Shown: positions 36,759-49,850, counted from the first letter of the whole stretch. The stretch is 62,662 nucleotides of DNA, filler included, from Rhabdomonas costata (GCA_019059605.1; 40 parts of 40 records of this genome joined end to end with filler, not necessarily neighbours in it), one strand, 5' to 3'. Notes: generated by a model from the sequence alone, not told the origin. Made by a program: numbers and translations.

Positions 36759-39363
36759 TCTCTCTTTCTTCTGTGTTTGTGGTCAAATGGCTTGGGGCGC
36801 GGTTTGATTGGTTCTTGAAACACCACGCAACCGCACAGGTTTCGTTCGTTCGGGTGGGTCTCAGCTGCACTCTTTGTGATCCTCTCTCACTCTCACTCTC
36901 ACTCTCTCACTTTGTCGCTCTTCCTGGCTGCTTTCTGCGAATGCGGGCTTTAAGTGTTGGCGCCCTTTGTATATTCTTGTATAAATCTGAAGGCCGTCTG
37001 CAGATATCTCCGATGCGCTGATTGTAGTTATGCTTATTCGCTCGTTTTAAGGTGGCTTTGTTCTCACGTTTATGCTTCTGACCACCGCCTCTGGCGCAAG
37101 TGTGAGCCTTCGCGGCGCCAGTGTTTTTTTTTATCGCAAGAGGGCAATGCTCTCTATTTCACCATATTGTTATTTTTCTGGTTATGATGGATGCACTACT
37201 CCGGTTTTGACTCCGGAAATCTGGAGTTTGAATGACATGGGTGCTTCTGGCGAATTTTCCCTTGCTGACATTGCGGTCGCCATCATACTGGAGGAACATA
37301 ACTTGTTCATTGTGTTTGTGGGTGGAAAGTCTCAGGATGCCGGATCCCATCCAATCTTATCCAGAGGAAACGAAGAAGCTAGAGCTTCGCTGATGGTTGC
37401 GAATCTTAACAACTGGAGCTCCAAATTATCGTCATTGATTCGGTCAGATTTGATCAAAATTCTTTCTTTGTCGTAAATTATGTAATGTTTCATTTCAAAG
37501 CGTGTTTATTGAATCTAGGAATATGTTTTATTACCTCGGAGCATGCAAACAACAACNNNNNNNNNNNNNNNNNNNNNNNNNNNNNNNNNNNNNNNNNNNN
37601 TTAATTAATTAANNNNNNNNNNNNNNNNNNNNNNNNNNNNNNNNNNNNNNNNNNNNGGGGTGTGGTGAACAACAAAAGGTGTGCAAACCTGGGCATCACA
37701 GCCAAAATTGTGGCATGAAGCCGGAAAGTCAAAAAGTCCACAGTAATTGCCAGATGCTCAGAGAGGACAAAAAGCACAGGAAGGTCAGCCATCAAGAAGG
37801 GCGCACTTCTTCTTTCGTCGTTTGTTGTACAGATACGGCGCGGTGATTTCCAGCATTCCCCAGGTGCTCTCTCGATTCCACGTGAACTACAACGTTTGAA
37901 GGCAACTTGGGTGGTGGACTGCTCCCGGAACCTTGCCGTGGGGTGCCAAAGGGGCTCTCGCCTCCTGTTGAGCAGACTGGGATGGGCACCTTTTCATTTG
38001 CTGGCCAGGGGAGCTCCAGGGCACAACCTCTGTCCGCACGAGTTCACTGTGGTTTGTGGTTTGTGGCGTGGTCGTTGGAGCTGGAGATTTCTCATTCGCT
38101 TGCGGTGCGCTCAAAGCGTGCTATCATCTGTGTCCAGTGTCTAATGATCAGGAGATCATCAGGAGCGCTATCGCGTTATTTGCGGCGAAAAAATCAAACT
38201 TGCAGAGTTTCCTGCGATCGGCCTCTCGCGTCCGTCGAGATCGAGCGTTTTGTCCAATAAACCGTCAGTTGGTTTGTCCGCTACGCCGTCCCACATGACA
38301 ATTTCCCATGCAGCCTCAACAATCTCCCCCCCCCCGCATCCAATTGAAGAAAGCTGCAACAAAATCCCCCAAACGGACAAAGCCGCCACGTGGAAACAGA
38401 GCCCCTGGAGGAGCCATACGACTGTGTCTGTGTTTCGTTCTGTTGTGACATCGGGCGTCGAACAAACACGGCCCCCTACTGGAACCGAAGCGGTCTCCCC
38501 CGAATGTTGCCGTCCGCCCATAGGCCACCCAGTTTCACGACACCCTGCCCGCTATTTTGCGCCAAAATTTTCGCAATGAGCAGCATAGGTCGAGACCGCC
38601 AAACGGAAGTGCCACGCGTCAGGAAGTCGTTATGGCGGCATACCCACACGGCGTGGGTCATTACCTTTGTTTTCGCGTAATTGGTTAGGATCAAAAAGAC
38701 GATAAAAATAAAGAGTAATGCCCGGAAAAGCCAAACGTTTACAAGCCCTAATTTGGGATAGTAAATGCCGGGAAGGCTTTAAAGCAACTCATCCGGCAAA
38801 ACCCGGGTGAAAGTCAACCATCGGGCCATGTCATGCAAACCGCGTGGCTCTGAAAAACGGTGGTGGCTGTTGTGTGTGCTGCTGCTATTCTGTCATGGAT
38901 TTTTGTGGTGCTGGCGTCTGTTGGCCGCCGCGGTTGAATTGGAATGGAATCTTTGTCAAGCGGAAAAATTTCCGTTCACAAAGCCTCCTCGTTATGTTTG
39001 CTTGCCGCGGTTCTATCCGTAGGCCTTTTGATTGCCGATCTTTGGTAGCTAGACGTGAAAAATTGCATTTCTACCAACACCACATTATACACTGATCCAT
39101 TCTTTGTAAAACACCTCTCCGGATTTNNNNNNNNNNNNNNNNNNNNNNNNNNNNNNNNNNNNNNNNNNNNTTAATTAATTAANNNNNNNNNNNNNNNNNN
39201 NNNNNNNNNNNNNNNNNNNNNNNNNNCCAGCTGTGCAAGGTGATGCACAAGTCCGATTGCGTCTTTGTGCGCCAGCTTCTTCCCCAGCCCGAGGATGATG
39301 GCGTGCGGTATGTATTCTAATTCTAAAAGAAAGCAGAGTTTGCGCGATTTGGATTCCGCGGGT

Positions 39364-40101
39364 TCGAGAGGGTGTCCATGTTCTTCTCCCGGAACCCTTT
39401 ATATGAACCCCCAAGGAATGATTCACAAGCAATTATTCTGCCATGGCCGTAAGAACCTGCAAGAGTGCTTCACCACTCAATTGAACAAAGAAAAACATCA
39501 CACATACCCTTCACGCTGTACTCCACAGTGGCGGCATAGTGGCGGATGCTGAACACGTCCTTCTTCAGCTTGTGCCGCTCAAAGGCGCGCGACCGCGAGT
39601 GCTTGTGCTCGTTCTCGCAGTTGGCGAGGTAGTTCAGGTCCGTGCCCTGCGGGGCGATGCACTCGTTGTCCAGAAGGTCGAAGATCCCCAGCCAGCCCAC
39701 CTGCAAAAGGGACACAGCGGTTGGCTTCTGCAGCCCTGAGGTTAGGCTAGGCTGCGCCTAGGTCGGAAGATCAGTGGACAAAAGGCATGCGGGTGCCACG
39801 ATGTGCGAAATGTTGAAAAGCTGGGATGCGCGGGTCCTGACAGTGGGTGAAAGCGAGTCAGGTGTGCACCTCACCCGACCAAAGTAACGTAAAAAGGCAG
39901 GGACCACACAAAGGCAAGCATCTGGGGTACGGAACTTTGGCTTAACCTGTGGATAAAGTCGGGAAATAGAAATCCTACGAAAGAAATCCAAGTGTTAGGG
40001 TGAGGAGATGTTTTGGCTTACCAGCAAGTTGATGGTGGCCTGGTTGTCCGCGAAGAGAACGTCATCGACCGCGAGACCCTCACTGCGGTACTCCGTCATG
40101 T
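39364..40101 (-). CDS. Myosin motor domain, exons 40101-40022, 39700-39508, 39396-~39364
   Basis: EYRSEGL...FADNQATINLL / GIFDLLDNECIAPQGTD...FSIRHYAATVEYSVK / GFREKNMDTL are hallmark myosin head motifs. Two phase-compatible GT-AG introns. Confidence 0.93.
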
Positions 40102-41000
40102 CTGTGCAAACAGCAAGCAGGAAAACGAACAAGAGAATCTAATCGCAAAGCGTCCTTAACGGCAGAAATGGCAGCAAAATGGCAGCAATTCTAAGATTTG
40201 TTGTAATCTCTTGGGTTCTACCATTCCGACCTTTGATAACAGCGAATGGAACCAGGAGAACAAAAAAGCAGGGGGGGGGGGAGGCCTAGGAAGAAAAACG
40301 AATCCGGAAGATGGACTGAAACAAGGACAAAACATTAGTGAGGGAGAAGGGGAGCGACATCGCAAGACGGAGGCAATCACGCACCTCTCTCGAAGACACA
40401 GTGGTTGTAATGGTTTTGAAGCTGCTCCTGACAAAACAGACAAAGCAAAGCCCACGATTTCATCCAATTTACGGTTTGACAAACACGACGCAATATCACG
40501 TTGTATCAACCGTTGACACGCAGCATTTCTCATGACCATCAGCATGGCCTAACTCAGCCTTACGACTTCGGCTATAGCGGAGCCTAAATGGAATAGGACT
40601 CCAAGTGATAACCAAGAATTGCTCGACATCAAATAGTTTTCGCACTGATCACCGCATCCCAAGATGTCCACACAATAAAAGTCAAACAACAACCCCNNNN
40701 NNNNNNNNNNNNNNNNNNNNNNNNNNNNNNNNNNNNNNNNTTAATTAATTAANNNNNNNNNNNNNNNNNNNNNNNNNNNNNNNNNNNNNNNNNNNNGGCA
40801 TACAAAGGGGATGCACGCAAAGACCTTCAACCAAATGAAAGTTGAACATTGAAGATGATGTGGATAACAGAGTGATGGGAGTGGGGAAGAACGGAACGGT
40901 CACCGTCACGCAGCTCACAACCACACCTTCGAGCACGCGCACACGCGAACACCGCAACAGGTGGGGCACCAATTTGCTGACAAGCTCCCTGTCCACCAAG

Positions 41001-41225
41001 GAGAATGGGGACACGGGGGAGAACGCTCACCGCCACACCGTGCAGCTGTGCCAGTTGCAGGCCCACGTCACCTACACGTACACAGTGACCTGCGACGGCT
41101 CCACCTTCGAGGGGACCTTCCTGTCCCCACTTGACAGCAGCGTGGCCACCTCCACGACGCCGTCGAGCATCCGATTCCTGGCGTACGGGGACACTCGCTA
41201 CCAGCTCGACGTCCACAATGGATTG
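41001..41225 (+). CDS. Purple acid phosphatase-like metallophosphoesterase exon
   Basis: HRHTVQLCQLQAHVTYTYTV (FN3-like N-domain) followed by IRFLAYGDTR (first metal-binding motif). Confidence 0.8.
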
Positions 41226-42605
41226 GTTTGCGCGCACGATTTTCTCTTGCTAAGGCAAAGAAATTTTAAATTCACGTTGGAATTTCTTCTAGACACTTCA
41301 ACTGAAAATACTTTTTGTATAGCTATTGGTGTCTTGTTTTTTGTTCGCTTTCTTCCCTCCGGTGTTATGCTGTTTCACGTGAATGGTACTTTCGTGGTGC
41401 CACCCTTTTCTTGGTTCCTTCAACTGAACACCTGCTGCATCAGTGAAACGTCTAGGGTTTCTTTTCTTTGCTTTCACGCCGCCTGCTCAGCGGATCAGAA
41501 AGGACCATCCACTTCACCTCCGTCGAGAACTCGCAACCAACACCTAATATTATATAAACCGTTCGTGCTTACCTTCGAGGGAACGAAGCGGACCGAAGAC
41601 GTTGCAGGCTGCGGTCGTGAAGGCGGGGGACAGGTTAAGACGGGAGGGGATGAAGGACACATAGGCTGCTAGGGGAGGTACATCGGAGCAGAAGGGAACC
41701 ATGAAATGCAACCCAGAAGGCCGGAAGAGGATGTCTGTGGGCGGCTATGACTGGGTGCGTGCACGATGAACGGGAAAAGGGATTCGCAAACGAGGCGAGG
41801 CATGAAGACGGGATGATGCTCGGACACTGTGCATATGTGAATGGCGTGACGGCACTGGGCGAACTTGCACGTGATATGGGCAGGCGATTCTCAGTGATTG
41901 GGCCTCCGCACTCCCGAGCTGAAATCAAAACAAGCGAGGTTCCCGCTGCTGACGGCATCAGGACAGAGGGACCTGCACGTTGTATTTCAGGCACAGCGGT
42001 TGGATCAGCGTCTGCACAAGCAGCATCCGGTCCTCATCGTGGTGCCAGTCCCCACAGCTCCATCCCGGCGCATGGAACATCAGAAACCTGAACAAAGCGC
42101 GGCGGGGACACCGTTGAACAGTCGTGAATGATTGCCAAAAATGCGTCCCCCTGCGCCCCCTAATCCCGCTCCCGGCTCCAACTCATGGGAAGACACCAGC
42201 TGGGAAAACCTTGTCCATCTTGCTGGCTGTGGCGCAGCAAGCAATCAGCTCCTTCCAACAAACAACNNNNNNNNNNNNNNNNNNNNNNNNNNNNNNNNNN
42301 NNNNNNNNNNTTAATTAATTAANNNNNNNNNNNNNNNNNNNNNNNNNNNNNNNNNNNNNNNNNNNNACACCCCCAGCATACGCACGAGGTGGCGGTAGTC
42401 ACTTCAAACGGAATAAGATGCGACACCTGTGCTTTTAACTTGGATCCGATGATCTGCCTCGGTCGTCATCTCGAAGGCGCTTTTTTGGCCGTTTCCATTT
42501 CACTGCAAAGCAAGCACTGGCTGGCACCATTTCCTCCCCCACTCAATGAGATATGCCCTCACTGCGACAGTGCAAATGAAGCGTGAACGGCGTTCCCGCT
42601 CACAG

Positions 42606-42758
42606 GAGGACCTGCAGGCGATCTGGAAGCTGCGCAAGGCTGCCTTGTTTGTGGTACTGTGCGTGGGGTTCGGGATTGGGGTGCTGGGTGGGGTCCTACT
42701 GGCTCGACGGTGGAGGGCCCGCCGCAGATCGGGGCCGCCTCCTTCTCAAGCGGAAAAG
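42606..42758 (+). CDS. Single-pass membrane protein exon
   Basis: AG/GT-bounded phase 0-0 exon with AALFVVLCVGFGIGVLGGVLLA followed by RRWRARRR. Confidence 0.55.
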
Positions 42759-43954
42759 GTGTGTGTGTGTGTGTGGTGGGGTGTGTGCGAGTGAGATTGA
42801 CCTTTCTCAGTCATCATCTTAAGTCTCGCGACTGCTCGAGACTCCGTCATTATGTCCCCAACCAGGCACCTGCTGGCCCCCATGTTCCACAAGGGAAGAC
42901 CTGGTTGGGGTGGACCAGAGTTGCCTTCAACCTAACGCCTAATCGAGACCCGCGTTTTAGACCGTGATTTGGATTCGAGCCGACCTCGGTGCCTGACAGT
43001 ATCCGTACCAGTGTTCTCCCTTCGCACCCAGCTCAATGTGTGTGTTGGGGTTGGAATGGACAATTCTGCAGAGTACTGCAACCCCTTTGGTGTTTAGCAT
43101 GATCGAAATGCTCCCTCCTACCTGCAACGTAAATTTGGTTCTGTGTAGCATTTCATAACCATTCTCTCCGCTGTGTTGCTCACATGGAGAGTTCTCCCCG
43201 AAAAAAGCAGCTGTGCACAGCCGTTGTCACGCTTGCTGGACGTCACCAGCGCAGCTCTTGATTTGGCATGAGAGCAGTCATAGTTCTCAGCAGGAAAGCA
43301 AACCACCTGAGAATCTGTTTGTTCTGCTACAGTGTCACGCTCCCTTTTCCGGTTCTCTCCATTCTCTTAAGGAACCCACCAAAGTGGACTGAGCCTTTGC
43401 TGTGGGGAAGGTGCCCACGAACAAGACCTGGGTGGCGGTTTGCATTTGCGCACTGGAAGCTCCTTTTCACCACCCCCACCCTTCGGACGTTGCGCTCTTC
43501 CAGCGCCTGCACTGCCAAAGAGGGGTGAGAGAGTGTTGTGTTGGACTGATGTTCTGCTCTCTCTCCTCACTTGAACTTACTACCGCCCCAAATTGGTCAG
43601 GGTGGTCTGGAGGACAGGGCAGAGGTGGGCATGCGACCGAACAGCCTGCTGCTTTTCTTGCAGGGAAAACCTCCGTAACAGGAAAAAGAGGCAACCATTG
43701 AAGTGGTCGAAACGGATTTTCAATGTATGGCTTCTAACGTTTGGAGGGAGGGCGGGGATTGTGCAGCTGGGAAAAAGTTCAGTCTGCTAATTATGCAATA
43801 TTTTTTCAATTTGGTATTGAACCCCTTAGAAAATCANNNNNNNNNNNNNNNNNNNNNNNNNNNNNNNNNNNNNNNNNNNNTTAATTAATTAANNNNNNNN
43901 NNNNNNNNNNNNNNNNNNNNNNNNNNNNNNNNNNNNTGTGGGTGTGTTTGGTGT

Positions 43955-44093
43955 GGGGGGGTCTGGGGGTCATTTCTTCTCCTCCACTTCCCGCGCAGGC
44001 CTGCGTACGAATGATGTTAACATCCTGCAGCCACCGGATTAGATTGTGAGGAGTATCCAGGATGGCGTCCACATCAGCAGCGGTCCAGGGCAT
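43955..44093 (-). mobile_element. Possible Merlin-like transposase N-terminus
   Basis: MPWTAADVDAILDTPHNLIRWLQDVNIIRTQACAGSGGEEM resembles the helix-WLQ..gll...C..CG..M start of eukaryotic ISXO2-like transposases. Confidence 0.45.
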
Positions 44094-44386
44094 TTTTTCG
44101 TGCCAACAAACACTGGGTGCAATGTGGGATGGGGGTGGGGAGTGCATTAGCCGGAGAATCGCCAAAAAACTGCAAAAAAAAAATCTCTTCATTTGGTGCT
44201 ATTACGGCTGCTACAACCTCAATGAGAAATCGATACCCGTGGGTCCACTGCATGCGCAGGAGTTGGGCTTTTGCCTTTGAGCTCGTGCAATCGCTGTGCA
44301 ACTGAGACTCACCGAAGAGAGAAGGACGTGCTAGAAACCAATATGCTGGGTTTGAATCTGCTTCCGGAGGGGGCCCACAGCCATAC

Positions 44387-45397
44387 CATCACGCAGTCCC
44401 CGATGTACTTGTCGACGGTTCCAAAATTAGAGCTCACGGCCTCGCAGACAAGGTCGAAAAACTGCGTCAGCACGAGCAGAATCTCCTGAGGAGCCAAGGT
44501 TTGGCAGTAGCAGTGGAAGCTCTGCAAGTCGCAAAACGCCACGGTGGCCACGCGGTGCTCCATAAAGGACCCCTCCTGGCGGGGACCCCCCCGCTGACTG
44601 AGTAGGTGCCGCAGCACCTCCAGCGGGACGTACTGCGCGAAGGCCTGCACCCCGTGGGAGAGCCGCCGCAGCGCGATCTCCACCCCTCCCACCTGCGCGA
44701 TGGCGTGGACGCGGCCCCGAGTGCGCTTCTCTGGCTTGTAGAGCAGGCTGCTGTCCTCGAAGTTTAGCGCCGCGAGGTTCACCATCCGGCGGTGCATTCG
44801 GCTCAGCGGGCGGGCCAAAGCCAGAGCAAGTGCGACCGCGACCACGACATCCCCGGCAAGCAGTACAGAGCAGATGATGATCGTCACCCGGGTGGCGCGG
44901 TTGACGGAGCTAAGGATGACCTCCTCCGGGGTAACCTCCACTAGGAGGTAGTCGAGGCCCTCTCCAAGCAGCGGCTCGGTGAGAATAAAGTACATTTCCC
45001 CGCCTCCCAGCCGGTGTTTCGAGTACGCTGGCGTGGAGAGCCACCACTGCGTCTCGGGGCGAACCAACGCGGCCGCACTCTCCTGAATGAGGCGGTCAGG
45101 GCTGTGCAAGGCGGAGAGCGCGACGGCTTGGAAACCATCCAGGGTGTACACCTCGCCGTGGCTGGCAGCAAGCAGGTTGGCCGAAGAGGACCGCTCCATG
45201 ACGTACAAACGGCTGCCCTGGCTGAGGTTCACTCCGAGCTGCCGCGAGAAACCGTCGGTGCGCATCCCGCTCATGAAGGCCACTGCATCGGCGCCGCTTT
45301 GCACGGGCACCCGCAGCCCCGCCAAGAGGTACGGCACTGCGGTCTTCCCGCTAAAGTACACCGGCAGGAACTTCGACGCCCCTGCGGGGGCGTCCAC
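44387..45397 (-). CDS. Receptor-type class III adenylate/guanylate cyclase (extracellular sensor, TM, HAMP-like, catalytic), large exon
   Basis: TM IIICSVLLAGDVVVAVALALAL, ARPLSRM, FAQYVPLEVL, VATVAFCDLQSF, GTVDKYIGDCVM. GTATGG donor at 44386. Confidence 0.93.
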
Positions 45398-46781
45398 AAA
45401 CCAACNNNNNNNNNNNNNNNNNNNNNNNNNNNNNNNNNNNNNNNNNNNNTTAATTAATTAANNNNNNNNNNNNNNNNNNNNNNNNNNNNNNNNNNNNNNN
45501 NNNNNTGGTTGTGGTAAGGTGGTCATGTATGCTCGGACCAACTTAATTCCCAGTCCCGAGTGTTGACGTCAGAGGCAATAAGCATAATGTGACGGCGGCC
45601 GATCACAATCACCCTAACCATTGGTCAGTAGTTCAGCAGTCGAAGTTCGTCTCGAAAGGGAATTCACACAAAATCACCACTTTGCAATGTCACTGTCAAA
45701 CACCGACATGACATCTCCGCTGCCCTCACGGCGAGTGAGAACCCAGTGGTCCGGGACTCAAATCGATCTCAGTGTTACAAATCAGATGTCAATCTTAGGC
45801 ATCGCTGTTTCACCCTTGTTGCGTCGTCGAATCATCAATTTTATGGCGGTGATTTGAGTTGATCAGGTAAGCTGCACGTGGAGTTGAAGGTAAATCCCGA
45901 ACTGGCCTAGCCTTGAACTTAATACGATGAATTTGATACGATGAACTGGCGTTTGGTTCTATCGGCTGATGGGGTACGGTAATACAAGGGCGTGTGGTTA
46001 CGATGCGCAACTGGTTTGTGCAATGAAGAAAGAAAAGCCAAAACGGTGCAATAGTTGGGGGTAATAAGAAAAAGCACCTGTGGATCTCACCGAGTTTCTG
46101 CTTCGTCAGAGCTGGGTCTGGCTGGGAGGCCTCCCGAAAGACGGGTGTGATTTTCTGAACATGTTAACAATGCCAGAATGCAACAGGTCGCCACAAACCA
46201 TCAAGGTAACATGTGTGCGCATCTACGGAGAGAGAGATTCAGGCACAGTGAGGTGCGATAGTAATACAGAGAAATATATTTCGGTTTCGTATGCCGCGCC
46301 CATCCGCCAGATTGCTGTGGCACATTCGTTTCGTCGTCTCAAAGGTCTGGGACTGATGCTAGAGCAACCGCAGGACTATTTTACATAGCAGGCCACTTGA
46401 GAGAGGGAATCTGTTTCCGCTTTCCTTTCACTCAGATGGCAATTGCTCTCAAGCCCACGAGAGATTGGCGTGAATCGCCCACCCCACCCCTTCCTCCACA
46501 GAGGCTGTTTCCACTAATACTGATTTCGTGGGAACGCCTTACTGCCCGATGGTGATAGTGTATGCAAAGTGGGAGAAAACCAGGGGAATCGGCTCGACCG
46601 GAGAAACTATTCAGTATGCTACAAGGCAATAACTCACTCGCAGAGAAAGATATTGAGGCTTGCTGGTGGCCGCCCGCTGCAAAAAGCCTGCCGCCGGTCA
46701 TCTCTTAATTTTTGGGAAGCAGCACTTTTTCTTTCAAAGAGTTCAGGAAATGTGAATGTGGGCCTTCGGGGAGTGGGATGC

Positions 46782-46898
46782 CTGAATAGTGGGCTGTAAC
46801 AGGTCCAGCTGGAAGCGAAGCTCAGCAAGTCGCACCCGCAGCGCAAATCTTCTGTTTTCCACGGCATCGCAAATCTGCTTCGTGTCTGCGATAGTTTC
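46782..46898 (-). CDS. Coiled-coil protein exon
   Basis: CAG| acceptor, ETIADTKQICDAVENRRFALRVRLAELRFQLDLLQPTIQ, ends at CAG|GC. Confidence 0.4.
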
Positions 46899-47077
46899 CT
46901 GCACAAAACGAAGGCCAGCAATGCAACAATGTACACAGTAGTTTCGAAGTTGTATCACTTCTTGCCCCCACCACCNNNNNNNNNNNNNNNNNNNNNNNNN
47001 NNNNNNNNNNNNNNNNNNNTTAATTAATTAANNNNNNNNNNNNNNNNNNNNNNNNNNNNNNNNNNNNNNNNNNNNTG

Positions 47078-48041
47078 GACACGGACCACAGCGGCTCTTT
47101 GAGCTTTGAAGAGTTTATCAGCTATATGCAAGACAAGCGTCCGAAGCCGGAAATTCTATACGGGATGAGCCAGATTGACTACGAGCAGTTCATGATGCAG
47201 TTTCACCAGTTTGATGAAGACCACGATGGTATGTGTCAAGGGGTTATTGCCCGAAAATGTGATTCCCTATATATTGTAAAATATTCATTGCTTCAAATAA
47301 AATTCTTTCTGCAAGGGAGGCCGTTGCCCTGTCAAAGCAAGCGTCCACGACATTTTCGAGGGTTTTCCTTCCGTTTTCCCTCTGGGTGGGATGGGTTTAA
47401 CGAAGGAGCCCATTCGCTGCCAGTGCAAAAGAAAGGGCTTTTAGGATAATTCCATCTCCAGCTCTCTAGTGTTCAATTTTTTGTTGGTGTTTCCTCCTTT
47501 GGCCCATGACTACTGCCTTTCCACCGAGACTGTGCAAAGGCTCTTTTGTTTATAATGCTCGATATTTTCGAGAAAATGCTTGAGAAATTTCGATAAATGA
47601 AACACAGGTCTCCAGTGGTGTTTGCCAAAAGGCACACATCCACATAACGATTTCCTCCATACTTCCAGCAACCCCACTGCAATTCCCTTGCCACCTTCTC
47701 CCTTTCTCTGTGAAGCCCGCCGTTCACCACCGCGTGAAGTCGAACGTTTTTTTCTCGGGTATCGCAATGGGCCCTTTGATGTCCATTTCCCGTTTTTATG
47801 CCGAAAAGAGGAAACACATGAGTGGAAATGGTTGCCGTGTTGCCGTGAGAATGTCACGCTGCTTTGCATGCCGCAGATGTATGACAGATGGGGGGTTTTT
47901 TTTAGGGAAGCTGAGCCCGGCGGAACTTCTCCGGCTGTGCGAAAAGATGCACTATCCTCTGAGCCGAGAGGAGGTGCAGGCTATGTTTGCCCGGATTGAC
48001 CTGGACGGGTCGGGGGCCATCGACGCTCACGAATTTCTGAC
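47078..48041 (+). CDS. Calmodulin-like EF-hand protein, exons -47228 and 47906-48041
   Basis: Loops DTDHSGSLSFEEF, DEDHDG/KLSPAEL (restored by phase-1 GT-AG intron 47229-47905) and DLDGSGAIDAHEF. Confidence 0.92.
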
Positions 48042-48210
48042 GTATGCATTGACTTTTGGCCATTTAGTGTTGTGAGGGGTTGTTCCAAGGCATCTACATC
48101 AACTGCGCCATTCATAGGCCGCACACTGCGAAATGAAAATGTGTTTGCAACAACAGTTTACCTAACCCCAGTGCCCCCAAAAAATAACATCCCCCCTAAA
48201 GTGTCCGATT

Positions 48211-48350
48211 CGTTCGTTTAGCACTGCAAAACATTTGGCAGTGCTAAACGGATTATCGTCCACCCCATGGAACGTCCCTGCCCATCCGCCAGGCGCCATC
48301 CGCCCACTCCGGCCGAGCCGCGGACTGGCCGCCGCACCCAAAATAATCTA
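48211..48350 (+). repeat. Interspersed repeat family copy 3, with 13-bp perfect stem
   Basis: CGTTTAGCACTGC (48215-48227) pairs with GCAGTGCTAAACG (48238-48250), then CCCCATGGAACGTCCC...GCCGCGGACTGGCC...CGCACCCAAAATAATC. Confidence 0.8.
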
Positions 48351-49519
48351 TCTCATTTATCAGTCAAACCCCATCAACGACAGTTGCTTTAACATGCTCC
48401 GAGCATTTGGCAAGGGTGTGGTGTCCTGCGTTGCATACGTTGTGGGTGCCCTCGTTAAAGGGGCAAGAAGCGGCGCAAAAAGGATAGGAAAGAGCTGCCA
48501 AGAGGCAACCCCACAGGTCTGTGAAAGGTTAGGAAACCCCTGGCCNNNNNNNNNNNNNNNNNNNNNNNNNNNNNNNNNNNNNNNNNNNNTTAATTAATTA
48601 ANNNNNNNNNNNNNNNNNNNNNNNNNNNNNNNNNNNNNNNNNNNNTTTGATCGGGCGTCGTACCTTGACCAGTTTGTCTGCGTCGTCCAGCCTCTGGGCG
48701 GCGGTCTCCGTGGGAGGTGTTGACACTGGCACCTTGGAGCGTGGAGCCGGTGGTCACGAAGGCTCTACAGAACTCTTTAGCAAAAGTTCTTGACCAGTCA
48801 GCGTCTGGCGCCACTTAGGAGCAAGCACACCTCCCGTCGAGATGAGGAGGATTGGGTCTTCAGGATCCAGCGGACTCAGCGGAAGCGTAAAGTTTGATCC
48901 AAACTGTGAATGATTGAAGCTGGAAGGAAAACTGAATGAAATATACTTTCCAACAGATTGATAGGCCATTGTTCCAGCAGCTTTTCACAGGGTGTACCCA
49001 CCCGGAACCCACCGCTGAGAGTCTCCCCGGCGCAGTTTTGAAGCTGCACGAACGCATGATCAAAAATTTACCTGGGATCGGCTTTGCACTCTCTGCACCC
49101 CAGTCTTTACGAAGCAATCGGTACCCTCTTCTCCAGCGGCGGAACAATCTAGCGTTCTTCACATCCTTTGGAAGTTGCCGTCACGAGCCAGCCGGACGAA
49201 GGTTGTCAGTGTACTCGACAGCTGCTCCGTTGTGGGCAAGCACCGCTTGCCAAAAGCTTAATTTCCGATCCAGGATTTGCAGCAAACACTGACGGCATCG
49301 TTGTCAACGAACAACTCTGGCTCCTTGGCGTTTGCAATGGCTTTCGCTTTCTCTGCCACGGACCTCATTCTTGGCAAATGTGGCGTTTGCCCAAGGATAA
49401 CCATCTGGCGGTCAAATGCACGTAGCACGTCCACCCGGTCGTCCTGTTCTGCTACATCCTAAACCCAAAGCCCAGCAGGAGGTTTGCCCTTTGCGTCATT
49501 GCGTCATCAACAGCATGGG

Positions 49520-49850
49520 GAGCGGGGGCGATAAAATGTACCGTTGCAAAGGGCTGTAGCAGGCGAACGGCGTCCTCCAGAACTTTTCCGGCTGGACAGC
49601 CAGGAGGGAGTTTTTCAGAGCAATCCGCCGTTCGGCGGTAGCAAGCAACGAATTCCAACGTGCATCCACTGCCTTCACGATGCCTCGAATCCGCTGTGGA
49701 ATGCCTGCTGCTTTCTGCACAGACTCCAGAGCTTTCCGGTCTATGATAATGAAAAGTTCAAGGATTTCATTAACATTGGGGGCCAATGATTTTAGCTCGT
49801 CCGCTTTCAGGAGATCCTTGACCACAAGCTGAATGGTGTCGGCTGGTAGG
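49520..49850 (-). mobile_element. hAT transposase remnant
   Basis: ADTIQLVVKD (decayed C..H.LQL.VKD), IVKAVDARWNSLLATAER (DV.TRWNS) and, after a frameshift, LEDAVRLLQPF. Confidence 0.7.
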
